From assembly GCF_963506605.1 (NCBI RefSeq), contig NC_083277.1:63984001-64048000 (forward strand): a stretch of 64,000 nucleotides of DNA. Reading direction: 5' to 3'. The stretch is from Zootoca vivipara (Eukaryota). The notes beneath the pieces are model-generated. The model saw nothing but the letters and a program-made list of their open reading frames with translations, was not told where the DNA came from and made no database searches. Numbering within the stretch: the first letter of the stretch is position 1; every line of letters begins with the position of its first letter. The translations under genes and the position numbers were made by a program. Shown here piece after piece: positions 23,746-35,430 of the stretch.

Positions 23746-24690
23746 TTTTTCCTCCACCCCATGAGTCCAGACCATGTTTCATATTCATGATACCACATGC
23801 ATTCCCACCTCCACCCCTGAAGAACCTATATCTCCTTTTTATGAGCTATTAAAGATGTCACAACAAATGCCCTGCCTGGTCAGTGGTGGTTCCCCATTTG
23901 TTGAATGACTCCCTCCTTAGTGACTTTCAGGGAATCCTTTTAAAAACATTCCTGTTTACCCAAACACTATTTCTGGCAACCCCAAGATCATTGGTAGAAA
24001 ATGTTTTTAATCCCCCCAAATGTTTTAATTTATTTTTATTTGTTTTGTTTTTCATGATTTATCCTGGATCCTTTCAGAAGCAAAGGTGGGATATACGTTG
24101 AATAAATTACTATTTTTATTTTATTTTATTGCTTTCCTCTCCTCCGTTCAATGGATTAGTGTACTGAATTCCAAAGTGAAGATGCTCCCCTCATCTACTT
24201 ACTGATTCTGTAGCACACTGGAAATCTAGCACACAGAACTAATGGAATTAGAACTAATGGCATATGAGGGATTTAGTAGAACTCAGAACTTGGAAGTTCT
24301 CAGAAATTAGTGAGCCTCCATGTTTGAACTAGTATGTTCAAGTGGAATATATACAAGACTAAGACAAAATAGCATTGAGGTGTTAAATTCTGACCTTGTC
24401 ATTAGGTCCTCGTTCCACTTACTTTTACAAATCCTACTATCCTTGTGAAGAAAGAAGAAACCCTTAGAAGCAATGTCTGGTGACAGGTCACTTCTAGTAG
24501 TCTCGTGCTGCCTGCTTCGCCAAACCCATGTGATTTTCCTCTTGGCATGTCCTTGCTGTCATGGAAATATGCATGCAGAATATGTGTGACACCATATGTT
24601 AGCTTGCAGCAGCAGTAACCTGGTGTGTGGTGCATGATGGTGCAACAGAATTGCTAAACAGACATTCAATACAGGCAGGTGCATGGGATA

Positions 24691-24693
<3 letters not shown>

Positions 24694-24744
<51 letters not shown>
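24694..24744. repeat. (TG)n microsatellite
   Basis: About 25 TG units. Confidence 0.95.
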
Positions 24745-24745
<1 letters not shown>

Positions 24746-26190
24746 GCAGGAATAGCAGTATTGTGCTGCATGTGGCATAGTCCTCATGCAAAGAAATAGC
24801 TATGTTCTGGAAATTTGCTACCCATCCCTTCTCCCTGCCACTACCATTCCAGATACTCTGAGAAGATATTCCCCAACTTCGATATCCCTTCTCCCCTTCA
24901 AATGAACATTTTTGTGTGTGTCAGCATTGGAACACTTTTATTACTGCAGCTACCCTCTCCGGTTCTCCTGCCAACTGGAGTTTCCCCAGATCTTTCTCCT
25001 GAGGTGATGGCTGTCTCTGTTGGCACTGTTGTTTGTCCTCCCACTTTGCTTCTTGTTCTGAGCCTCCATTTCTTCAAGAGTGGATAATAGGGCAGCTAAA
25101 ATGCACCCATAGGCGATCCCCCTAGTGTATTTGCTCAGTCATGGGAGGTATGCCCCTGATGGACTAGTCGGGTACCAACTCTTTCCTTACCTATTCCTTT
25201 CAAGTTAGTTTGGCTACCTTTCTGACAAAAACATAAAAGGGAGAAATCAAGGGAAGGAGGATTTGTGCCTCCCAGCCCCACAAACTATTTAAATTGTGAG
25301 ACAGTAGCACAGCAGTCAGTTGACACCAGGCTGAAGGAATTGTGTTAAAACCATGTTGAGAGATAAAATAATCGCTTCAAGAACAGGAACTGAAAAATCT
25401 AGGGTGATAATGGGCACAGCACGGGAAGTTTGCAGGAAGGTTGGACGATGTCAGTTATTTCCTGAACATTCATTCTGATTTGTTATATGCTATTGCATTA
25501 AGTCTTATCCTACACTTTCCAGAGCATTTTTCTCATAATGTTCCTTATAGCAGAAAGTTCCAGTTTGGAAGGGGGAATGGATTTGTCATGCAAAAGCACC
25601 AAATCAACTATCAAAATAGCAACAGTCTAGAAGTGCCCATCATCTAGATTCTCAGGAATGAATGAGTGAGCAAATGACATCAAAAATAGAATAAAATGGT
25701 CTGTACTATAGCAAAGGGTGCTTGTTCCCCCCCCCCAATTTTAATAGGGCTGGGGAATGTTCAGGAGTGCAGGGGGATTGGCTCAACCATACACACTTGT
25801 ATTTCCAATGCTTATCTCACACACATTCTGTGGCTGTGCTATTTAAAGATTTAAAAATAAGCACACATCACCAAACTATGTGTTTAATGTAAAGTGCAGT
25901 TTGGTCCTATTAGTGACCTTTTAAGGACAGGAAAGTTCCATTCACTTGAAAGCAGAAATTCCAGTAGATTGTGCCCCATATTTCAATTCCAAACATGCCT
26001 ACCTGGCACATGGCACTTCAGTTTGGCCTTCACTGTCTTGGAACAATGTTTTGCCTATTTCCTGTGCATACATACCTTCTCCACCCAGAGAGCACAGTTT
26101 AAAAAAATGTTTTGGACCACTCAAAAACATTTGGCGAAAAGGGAAGTTATGTTAAAAGGCAAAATTATGAATGCGTTTAGGTGACTCCAT

Positions 26191-26536
26191 CAGAGCCATC
26201 TGCCCAGCACCCCCAAATTTAGTTTAGCCATCCCCAGATTTTTAGAGACGGGAGCAAACTCAAAGTTGTTGAGCTTTTTGGGGGGAGGAAATTTGCTCAC
26301 CTGTAACAACGATGCAGCGGAAATTACTGCTTTTGTTTTCTGACTCGGCGGGAATATTTGACACCACGGAGTAACAGAGTGACAGAGGATGAGGGCGGGG
26401 ACTTTCACTCCATTGCTTTTCACTGCCGCTGATCAAGAGGGACTGGTATACAGTAGGTATACATTTGCCCCCCCCCCCCAGAATTCAGCGCCTGGGAGCA
26501 CTGCACCCCTTCTGCCCCTGGGTAAAGACGGCCCTG
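26191..26536. mobile_element. Non-autonomous hAT (Tip100-like) element
   Basis: TIRs CAGAGCCATCT / AGACGGCCCTG. TSD GACTCCAT / GAATCCAT (7 of 8 match). Confidence 0.7.
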
Positions 26537-26863
26537 GAATCCATGCACAAACACAGTGCAAACACACACAAACACATATTCACCAGATCTAGAAAGAAAG
26601 GAAGACTCCATAGAAGAAGGAGGAGCCAGGGAGGACAGCCTGTAATTTCTGCCCAGAAAGAAAATTAGCATGTGCCTTATTAAAAAGAAATGAGCTTTTA
26701 AATACTGTACTGCCCTTTGAGCTGGAAGTGGAGTGCAAGCAGAGGCTGATCGTAGGATGCAGTATGAACATCACTTCCTCAAGACACCATTATCGGTACT
26801 TCCGGTTAGATGAAAAGCTGCCATTCTGGACAGCAACCATTCCAGTTTGTATCATTTGTGATA

Positions 26864-27094
26864 CAGTGGTACCTCGGGTTACAAACGCTTCAGGTTACAA
26901 ACGCTTCAGGTTACAGACTCCGCTAACCCAGAAATAGTACCTCGGGTTAAGAACTTTACCTCAGGATGAGAACAGAAATCGTGCGGTGGCAGCAGGAGCC
27001 CCCATTAGCTAAAGTGGTGTCTCAGGTTAAGAACTGTTTCAGGTTAAGAACGGACCTCCGGAACAAATTAAGTTCTTAACCCAAGCTACCACTG
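26864..27094. mobile_element. Tigger/pogo MITE (second copy)
   Basis: TA-CAGTGGTACCTCGGGTTA...TAACCCAAGCTACCACTG-TA. Homologous to 19620-19820, with a tandem GGTTACAAACGCTTCA. Confidence 0.85.
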
Positions 27095-27397
27095 TAGTCT
27101 GGAAACCTAGAAGAACCTAGTTAGTATGTCAGCTGAATCCATGTGTTGAACACTCAGCCTTTGCTTCTCAGTTGTTTTATAATACCTACCGTATTTTTAA
27201 AATTGCACACAATGAGTCATGAATTGTTTAGTCTTTAAAACTGGAAATAATAATATGCCTTTGGCATGAGAAATTCAAAAGAACAGGAGGACATGTCATT
27301 TAAAAGAATATACAGTGCATTTAATATATATAGCATACTGTCCTGTAGCTAGCAGTACTGGAGGCAAATACTTTCGTTCCCGCTGGATGCCTAAAAC

Positions 27398-27538
27398 CAG
27401 CCTTTCCCAACCTGGTGCCCTCCAGATGTTTAGGACCACAGCTCCCATCTGACCCAGACAGCATGTCAATTGGCCATGCTGGAGGTTATGGGAGTTGTAG
27501 TACAAAATGCCAGGAGGGCATTAGGTTGGGGAAGGCTG
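27398..27538. mobile_element. Palindromic hAT MITE in the probable NPY7R 3' UTR
   Basis: TIRs CAGCCTTTCCCAACCT / AGGTTGGGGAAGGCTG. TSD CCTAAAAC / CCAAAAAC. Confidence 0.8.
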
Positions 27539-27844
27539 CCAAAAACAACCAGTCCTATTCACCATTTCTCTCCTCTCTCAGATTATGGTAGAACTGAATG
27601 GAAAGCATTCTGTGAACAACATGTTTGTGCTGCTTATGCAACAAGCAACACAGAACTCAAAGCAAGGTTTAGTTAACTTGCTTCATGAGACAAAATAGAC
27701 AGTGCATGAGGTTCTTTGTTTGGACAGATAGACAATGTGCTCCCATGTGGGCTATGACAAGTAACACTATTTTGGCAATATGACACATTATGAGTTTTAG
27801 TCCTAGGTTCCTGCCCCTTTGTGGAGGTGCAGCTACTTGTGGTC

Positions 27845-29005
27845 CTAAACTGGCGTGGGCAGCTGCCCGTTGACTATCGAGTGCTTGATGCTCTCATTCA
27901 AGGTGGTGGCTCGGAAAGTGTAAGACCGCCCTCTGACCGAGCCCTCTGTATAGAGCCTCTCCGGCTTGTTCTGGCAACGGAAGAACATGAGGAATCCATT
28001 GCGGTAGTTCTTATTCATCCAGCCATAGAGCAGAGGATTAGCAAAAGTGGAGCACATGGCCACCACGTGGAAAACGGTGTAAAGAAGTTTATAGTCATGG
28101 AAGATGAGCACCAGGTCAAGGTCAACGGCAAGTTGGAAAACATGGAAGGGGAGCCAACAGACTGCAAACACCACCACCACCATGACCAGCATCTTTGTGG
28201 TCTTTCTCCTCCGGCAGTGACTGTCACTCCTAGCAGTGGGACTGATGTGGCTTTTCAGCTTGAACCATATTCTGATGTAGGCATAGCAGATGATGGAAAG
28301 AGGGAGGACATATTGCAAGAGGAGCATGGATAAGCTGTATATGGTGGCGTCCCTGCTTTCAGAAGGCCATTTCTCAGAGCAGACGGCGATTCTGAGATTG
28401 ATGGATGGGATTTCTTCGTACCTGTACTCTCGGAAGATGGCCAGTGGACTGGCTAGGACGGCGGCAACCAGCCACGTGAAAGCGATGATGGTGAAGCTGA
28501 CCTTCTTGGATATCCTGCTATCCAAATGGAAAACAATGCATCTGTACCTGTCCAGAGCAATCACAGTTAAGGTGAGAGTAGACACATGGACACTTAAAGC
28601 TTGAGCGTAGGAGACCAGGTGACAAAGCACAGCCCCGAACTTCCACTCATCCAACAGAGTGTAAGCCAAAGTGAAGGGCAAGCAGAGCGTGTCCACCATC
28701 AAGTCTGCCAGAGCCAGGTTAGCTATGAAGAAGTTGGTTACAGTCCTCATTGTTCTGTATCTCACAATCATGTAGACTACTAAGGAGTTGCCAAAGAATC
28801 CCAGAAGAATGATTAGGGAGTAGGCAGCTATCAATATGATCTGGACTCCCGGGATCTTGGTACTGTCCATCATAACATTACTGGATCCTTCAAGCCCCTG
28901 GCTAGGGGTGGCAAAGCCCTTTGCATGCCAGCTGAACGGCAGTTGTTTATCCAAGTTATGCTCTTCCAGGATGATAGTGCTGTTGGCTTGATCAAGCAGC
29001 CCCAT
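27845..29005 (-). CDS. NPY7R: Neuropeptide Y receptor, Y2 subfamily, most likely Y7 (class A GPCR, intronless CDS, 386 aa)
   Basis: Seven hydrophobic segments with GN (TM1), NLALAD (TM2), DRY, CWLP and NPLLY. Y2-family signatures MRTVTNFFIANLA, ASPLAIFREY, CSEKWP, KTTKML and AMCSTFANPLLYGWMN. DRY (Y2 has DRH) and NYRNGFL point to Y7 rather than Y2. Good Kozak context GGAATGG; N-glycosylation site NST at N8. Confidence 0.9.
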   Translation of the reverse strand: MGLLDQANSTIILEEHNLDKQLPFSWHAKGFATPSQGLEGSSNVMMDSTKIPGVQIILIAAYSLIILLGFFGNSLVVYMIVRYRTMRTVTNFFIANLALADLMVDTLCLPFTLAYTLLDEWKFGAVLCHLVSYAQALSVHVSTLTLTVIALDRYRCIVFHLDSRISKKVSFTIIAFTWLVAAVLASPLAIFREYRYEEIPSINLRIAVCSEKWPSESRDATIYSLSMLLLQYVLPLSIICYAYIRIWFKLKSHISPTARSDSHCRRRKTTKMLVMVVVVFAVCWLPFHVFQLAVDLDLVLIFHDYKLLYTVFHVVAMCSTFANPLLYGWMNKNYRNGFLMFFRCQNKPERLYTEGSVRGRSYTFRATTLNESIKHSIVNGQLPTPV

Positions 29006-29057
29006 TCCTATTTATTGGCTTATTTTCACTTCTGGGCTAATGATTTTGCAACTCCAC

Positions 29058-29090
29058 CTGTGAACATGGAAACAAGAACACACAAAAAGG
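29058..29090 (-). promoter_or_regulatory. Splice acceptor upstream of the NPY7R coding exon
   Basis: Minus strand CCTTTTTGTGTGTTCTTGTTTCCATGTTCACAG|GTGGAG. The exon would start at 29057, 52 nt before the ATG, with no upstream ATG. This fits the 5' UTR intron known for NPY2R. Confidence 0.7.
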
Positions 29091-31799
29091 ATATTTTAGA
29101 TAGGAGGGAGGGGAAACCCTAGATATTTCAGGTTTCAACGGCATATCCAAGAGAGCATTTCAAATTAGGCTCCATCCCTAAAGTCCTACCAACACTCTTT
29201 CAATTAAAATTCATTGTCCATAGTTTCCATACAAAGTTTCCATGGCTGTTCTTTGACTCAGTTAGATGCCCCCCCCCATTTTTATCCACATGATAAAATT
29301 AATACTGACCAAAGATCTAAGAGGCTCGTCTCAATTGAATTATTTGCATTAAAAATGTATTTACTTCACAAACTTTATTTGTCTGAAATTGAATGGGTTG
29401 GAAAGACCCTTTCAAATGTCATGCTGATCAAATCAGATAAACCAAATCTTCTATTTAGCTGCTAACAACAGGCAGCCCTTGGCCTGCAATCTGCCTCCGT
29501 GGTCTCTGGTGACATGGGCTCTGCTTGTCAGAATAATTCAATCTGAGAGAAGGATGGGGAAGGAATACAAATAAATATATAAATCAATAAAGGGCTGGGA
29601 AGGTAATAGAATCTGTGGCAGTTTGCCCATGGGGGTGACATAAAGTTGCAGTTCCACCACACACACTTACCTGGGTGAAATAACACAGTGGGAAGCAAAG
29701 TTGAGTCACATAGCATCCTTAGGTACCCACTGGGCCCAGAACCCTGGCAGGGCTGAGCACCACCACTTAGCCTGGCCCTTTGGCTGACAGTCCGATCCAC
29801 TGGTTGCTCATCAGCTACATCCTGGAGCTGTGTGTTCAATTTTCCACAGTGCCCTTGAAGTAGCATTTCTTTGGGGCACTGTGGGAAATTTAAATGGCTG
29901 CTCCCAGTAGGGATCTGGGAGCTGCCATTTAAATTTACCACAACACCTTGTAGAGATGCTTTGTTGGGGGAACTGGGCTGGGGAGATTTAAAAGTTGTTT
30001 CATCAGAGTGCTGCAGCCACCAGGTCATGTAGCTGAGGGCCCCCTCAAAGGTGGAGCTGGCTGTGTTTTGAATACACATACTTAGGATTGGGCTGTCAAA
30101 TGGAAGGCCTAGAGGACTTTCTGGAACCGTAAACTTTTCCCATTGTAGTATACAGAATTCAATTCCCCCCCCCCTAATCTGAATCAGTGAATTATTGGTA
30201 TGCTAGGGTTAGTAACTTTATCAGTCATTGCCAAACAAGATATGAGTGGATCTCACAGCATTTGGTTTGGTTTTTTTTTAAGATAAAATGAAGAGGGACA
30301 ATGTACCCAATTTCCCTGATTTAAATCATCCTATGATGCTGCTAAAGTAGCCATGGATAGGAAGAAAGACTGCTATACTCTGGGAAACAATTGGACTCAT
30401 GAAGCTAGCATAACTTGACGGTAGGTTGTGATAAGAAATCAAGTGAGTTACATGCACGAGTGAGCAAGCTCCAAGATGCAGATTTAAACAAGATAATGTT
30501 TCTTTCCTAGAGCTAGACACAGCTTCTGATTTACAACTTCCATTAAGCTTCATCTCAAATGAATATATCCCCAATGCGCCTTGAGTTTCCAGATGATAAT
30601 TATCTCATCATCCAGCACACCCAGCTGCTTATCACTCCCCTTTGGAACGTTCCAAACATTTGCTCTGACCATTCCATTTTAGCCTGAAGAAAGGTTATGT
30701 GAACCTGAAAATGTGATTATTGTGTTTTTGCATTTGTTCCTAAGCAACCTGCATTCATTCTCTCAATAGAAACGTTTATGCATTTCACATGCTACACTCC
30801 TCAACAGTTGGATCATGAAGACTTAGTGAAATCACTGGGCAACTTGCAAACAACTAGTTTAAAGATAGTGGAACTGAGTAATTTGGTCCACAAATATCAT
30901 TGACCTGGTTGTTGCTGGATCATCTATTTTCACCATGTGGCAGTTCTCTTGTGTTTTTCCGTGAAATGCATGCAGTGGTTCCTTAAACAAACAGGGGTGG
31001 GGGGAGAAAATGGCTGACCAGATGGTGACAAAGGCTGAAGTTATGTCACAATTCATAATAAATGTCCCTTTGTCCATTCATCACTTGGTAGAACAAAGTT
31101 CATAATCCCTCTTGAGAGCAGCTGCAGAAATTCATGTTGCTTGGCTGCTAAACTCTGCTGTATGCGAAGAGAGAAAGGGAGGAAGGGGCCTGGTTTAGAT
31201 TGGTCTGAGCTCCTTCCTCACTTAAATATTACTGGCTCACAGAGACGAACACCAATGGGTTGATCTGGGATGGTGACTTTTGTAGTAGATTCTCTATGAA
31301 ACACAAATTAATATCCTTCTGTACAGTTGTGGGGATAAAGACTGTCAGTTCAACTTCATTGCTGCCCAGAAACACTCTTCTGGCTCAAGCCTCCCTTGTG
31401 CTGTAGGGGTCATATTGACCCAAACTTTTCAGAAAGAATGAACAATAACTCACGACAGAACTCAAAAGTTGGTGACATATGGGATTAAGGTTGGGTATTG
31501 TGTTTCAAAGGCTCCCACACTGTCCTGTGTATTTAACCCTCATGGCCACAAATTTGCGTGTTAACATGTGCTAAGTTTCACTGTTGGTATGGCTTGTTTT
31601 TCTTGTCATTTCCCACCCTCCACCCCCACTACTTGCCATACTGGACATTTGCAAGCTTGAGGGAAATGGGTATTACGGTAATTGCATGGTGAGATATATA
31701 ATATGATAGCTGAGTTCACTTCTGATTTTACCAAATTACTTTTGTAGCAACTCCCTTTAGGCATTGCAGAATAGCGTGGTGGCCATATTTAGCCAGAGT

Positions 31800-32288
31800 T
31801 CATAGAATCATAGAATCATAGAGTTGGAAGAGACCACAAGGGCCATCCAGTCCAACCCCCTGCCAAGCAGGAAACACCATCATGGCATTCTTGACATATG
31901 TCTGTCAAGCCTCTGCTTAAAGACCTCCAAAGAAGGAGACTCCACCACACTTCTTGGCAGCAAATTCCACTGTCGAACAGCTCTTACTATAAGGAAGTTC
32001 TTCCTAATGTTTAGGTGGAATCTTCTTTCTTGTACAGTAGTTTGAATCCATTGCTCCGTGTCCGCTTCTCTGGAGCAGCAGAAAACAACCTTTCACCCTC
32101 CTCTATATGACATCCTTTTATATATTGGAACATGGCTATCATATCACCCCTTAACCTCCAGGCTAAACATACCCAGTTCCCTAAGCCGTTCCTCATAAGG
32201 CATTGTTTCCAGGCCTTTGACCATTTTGGTTGCCCTCCTCTGGACACGTTCCAGCTTGTCAGTATCCTTCTTGAACTGTGGTGCCCAG
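31800..32288 (-). mobile_element. CR1 LINE 3' fragment
   Basis: (CATAGAAT)n tail on the plus strand. [29 protein letters not shown]...RTRSNGFKL. Confidence 0.9.
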
Positions 32289-33158
32289 TTGTCTAGGATT
32301 ACTGGTACATCTAAAAGTTATCGTGAAATAGACTCACCACCACACTGACCATTAAAAGTATTGCCTACAGACACCAAGCTATGTTCAGTACCATGGTTGC
32401 AGGTCTAGCCCAAGTTAAGCACATTTATATTTTATTGATAAAGTGATCTTGGGATGAAGGGTGGTATATAAATTTAGTAATCCAGCCCCAATCCAGCTCT
32501 AGTCATGCATTCATTAGTGGCGTGGGCTGGGTAGCACATCACTGCTCCACATCAAAAGGAGCATCTGACCAAGGGCTGACCCAAGACATTCTGTTGCCTG
32601 ATATGAAGTGGCAAATGGAACCCCATTTTCCCCACCCCCAAGGTCAATGTGCATAATGTCCAAAGCCAGCCAAGTCATTTCGACACCTGAGGCAAAAAAC
32701 AACAACAACAACAAACCCAACAAGCACATTTCCCCCACCCTGGCAATAAAAATGCAACAACGACAAATTAAATGACTAAAATTATCCTTCTCTTTCTGGC
32801 TAGTTCAGTTGGATTCAGATGAGCAATGTAGCTGCAGATATTCATCCACATCCGCCACCCTGATTTAGATTGGTCTGAGCTTCTTCCTCACCATATTATT
32901 GGCTCACAGATCGCTCTTGATGGTTCCAAGGATAAACACTGAGGTATACAGACAAGCTGATGCAACACAGGATGTCTTAACATGTGTGAGCATTTGATAG
33001 TTTGTCTATAAGACCCTTTTATCCAGTAAAATATATTGAGACCATGCAAAAATAAATCAGTAAACTGCGGGTTTTCTCCATGTGTTTCCATGATACCATT
33101 CCCTTTACCGCTGTATTTGGCTTGACTGTCCCATTGACTTCCACATGCTGATAGCCAT

Positions 33159-33310
33159 GGATAGCTCACTTGGCTAGAGCATGGTGCTGATAATGCCAAG
33201 GTTGCAGGTTCGATCCCCATATGGGACAGCTGCATATTCCTGCATTGCAGGGGGTTGTGTTAGATGATCTGCAAGATCCTTTCCAACTCTACAATTCTAT
33301 GATACTATGA
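33159..33310 (+). mobile_element. tRNA(Ile)-derived SINE with CR1-like tail
   Basis: GGATAGCTCACTTGGCTAGAGCATGGTGCTGATAATGCCAAGGTTGCAGGTTCGATCCCC aligns to vertebrate tRNA-Ile. It is followed by a CR1 3' end TTCCAACTCTACAATTCTATGA. Confidence 0.82.
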
Positions 33311-34357
33311 ATCTGATATTGTGCTTGATTTCCTCATCTCCTTTGCAAGTAGGCTGAAATGGACAAAGGCTGCACAGCAAACTATGCTTGCTCCGCTGTC
33401 TTCTTCATATTTCCCCCCACTTCAAACAATTAGCTGCAAAGTAACAATTCCTGCAATTTCTAAAAGTTAACAATTAGAGAACAGTCAGAGGTACAATTAT
33501 TGTTCGGACCATTTCGGATTAATTGTTTTAAGTGTCTTAATGGATTTTTTAAAAAATAGGCTAACATTTCAGAATTAATTAATGCATTTCAGAAATGAGG
33601 CAAAGTAATAAGTGTGATCAAAAATAATTTGCAGTGCTTCTAGACTAGTTAATATCATGCGGCGGATTTCACCCAAACAGAAACCACGTTTTCTGAAAAC
33701 ATGCTGAAATTTTAAGCTGTAGCCAGACAGGCTCCTCGAGTAGATGGAGAAATTGCTGGTGTTTTGTAAGAATCAAGCAACAGCTAAGCAGTCTTGCTGA
33801 CCGGCACAGGAGGAAGAATTCATTTGTGACATGATATAGTTGTAAAAGCTCTAAGAGACTATTAAACTTTTGGTGGTAAACATTTTGGGTACTTTCATGT
33901 GTCTTCTTTCCCATGGAAGCAATAACTAGCGGGGGTCATGGCCAAACAGTTAAGGTGATACTAGGACAGTTAAGCTAATGCAGTGGATATACAAAGCAGG
34001 GTTTCGCAAACTGTGAGCTAGGGATCAACAGTGAGCCTCAACCCACTTTCAAGCTGGCCTCAGTGCTGCAGCCTTCAGCCTGCCCAGTGCTTCCTTGCTT
34101 CTTCATCCCACCCATGGGGTGGGATCAGCAGCTTCCCACATGTGGAGTATGGAGGCACTCATGAGTGGGAGCTGACTAGAGAGTGAGACTGAAGCGCATG
34201 AAGTTGGAGGGAGGAAAGAAAGAGAAGAAAAGAAAAGAGATTAGGAATGGGCAGAGTTGCTGGTCAAGTGTGAGGGAAGGAGGAGAAAAACAGGAAGGAG
34301 GCAGAAGGGATGGTGAGGCAGAGGAAGAGGAAAAGAAGCAGCAAGTGTTTAGTGGTG

Positions 34358-34405
<48 letters not shown>
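34358..34405. repeat. (CTG/CAG)16 trinucleotide repeat
   Basis: Pure TGC run, next to a purine-rich tract. Confidence 0.95.
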
Positions 34406-34842
34406 ATCTTCTGCCCCCTTCCGTCTCTCTCACACACACATGTACACTTGTTCGCTTACTCGCTTTCCCACAGCCCAGTCTTCCTTCTCAGCTAGGATGC
34501 CTCCCCTCACTGCCTTCAAAATGGCAGCCGCCTCAGAAAAACAAACAGCCACTAGGCAGTGGTGCTAGGAAATAGGCAACTGGTGTGTGCACATGTGCTT
34601 GCATGTGTCATGTGCTAGGACAGAGGAAAAGAAGGTGAGACTGAATGAATATGACCAGGAGAGGGAGGGGTTTGAGTTTGGTGGGAAGAGATAGTCTTCC
34701 TTCTCTGAGGTGAAAGGGTCCTCAGGAAGAGATAACAGAGAGAAGCTTTAGTTACAGGTAGGTAGCCGTGTTGGTCTGAGTCGAAGCAAAATAAAAAAAT
34801 TCCTTCAGTAGCACCTTAAAGACCAAATAAGTTTATATTTTG

Positions 34843-34880
34843 GTATGAGCTTTCGTGTGCATGCACACTTCTTCAGATAC
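34843..34880 (-). ncRNA. Minimal type I hammerhead ribozyme motif (Penelope-associated), complete core
   Basis: Minus strand GUAU-CUGAAGA-A-GUGUG(CAUG)CACAC-GAA-AGCU-C-AUAC: stem I GUAU/AUAC, stem II, palindromic stem III AGCU, cleavage triplet CUC. Confidence 0.75.
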
Positions 34881-34902
34881 ACTAGAAACAGAAGTGTCAG
34901 AC

Positions 34903-35068
34903 NNNNNNNNNNNNNNNNNNNNNNNNNNNNNNNNNNNNNNNNNNNNNNNNNNNNNNNNNNNNNNNNNNNNNNNNNNNNNNNNNNNNNNNNNNNNNNNNNN
35001 NNNNNNNNNNNNNNNNNNNNNNNNNNNNNNNNNNNNNNNNNNNNNNNNNNNNNNNNNNNNNNNNNNNN
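34903..35068. other. Assembly gap (N run)
   Basis: 166 N. Confidence 1.
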
Positions 35069-35075
35069 TTCTAGT

Positions 35076-35113
35076 GTATCTGAAGAAGTGTGCATGCACA
35101 TGAAAGCTCATAC
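35076..35113 (+). ncRNA. Minimal type I hammerhead motif, second copy (C11.1>U)
   Basis: GTATCTGAAGAAGTGTGCATGCACATGAAAGCTCATAC. Confidence 0.65.
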
Positions 35114-35430
35114 CAAGAGAGAAGCTGTTATGGGAGGAATAAGTGTGCATAACAGGAGCAGAGAAGAGAGATCAGGGAATGTAGACCTTATTCCTTCTCC
35201 CCACAAACTGAAGGGGAAGAGAAGGGTAAATGACAGAGATGAATAAAATACTTTGAAAGGCATGAGTATGGGGGTTAAAATATAAAATAACAAGCTTTCT
35301 CCACATGGGAGCCTCTGGGTCAGCAAATTCTGCTGAGTCATGATACCTCCAGAACCAACTGGAGGAAAGGTAAACTATGGAACTCCCTGTCACAAGGAAA
35401 TCACTGTGGCACATTTTGAAGAGGAATTAG

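Larger units (their letters stand above)
34751..35115. mobile_element. Penelope-like element with inverted terminal repeats spanning an assembly gap
   Basis: Minus-strand pLTR at 34751-34902 and plus-strand copy at 35069-35115. Flanking duplication AGAGAGAAGCT at 34737-34747 and 35116-35126. Confidence 0.8.

Noticed and set aside
27821-28333. 170-aa plus-strand ORF antisense to the GPCR (and neighbouring antisense ORFs)
   Set aside because: Non-ATG start and no recognisable domain. Antisense open frames are a common shadow of GPCR codon usage.
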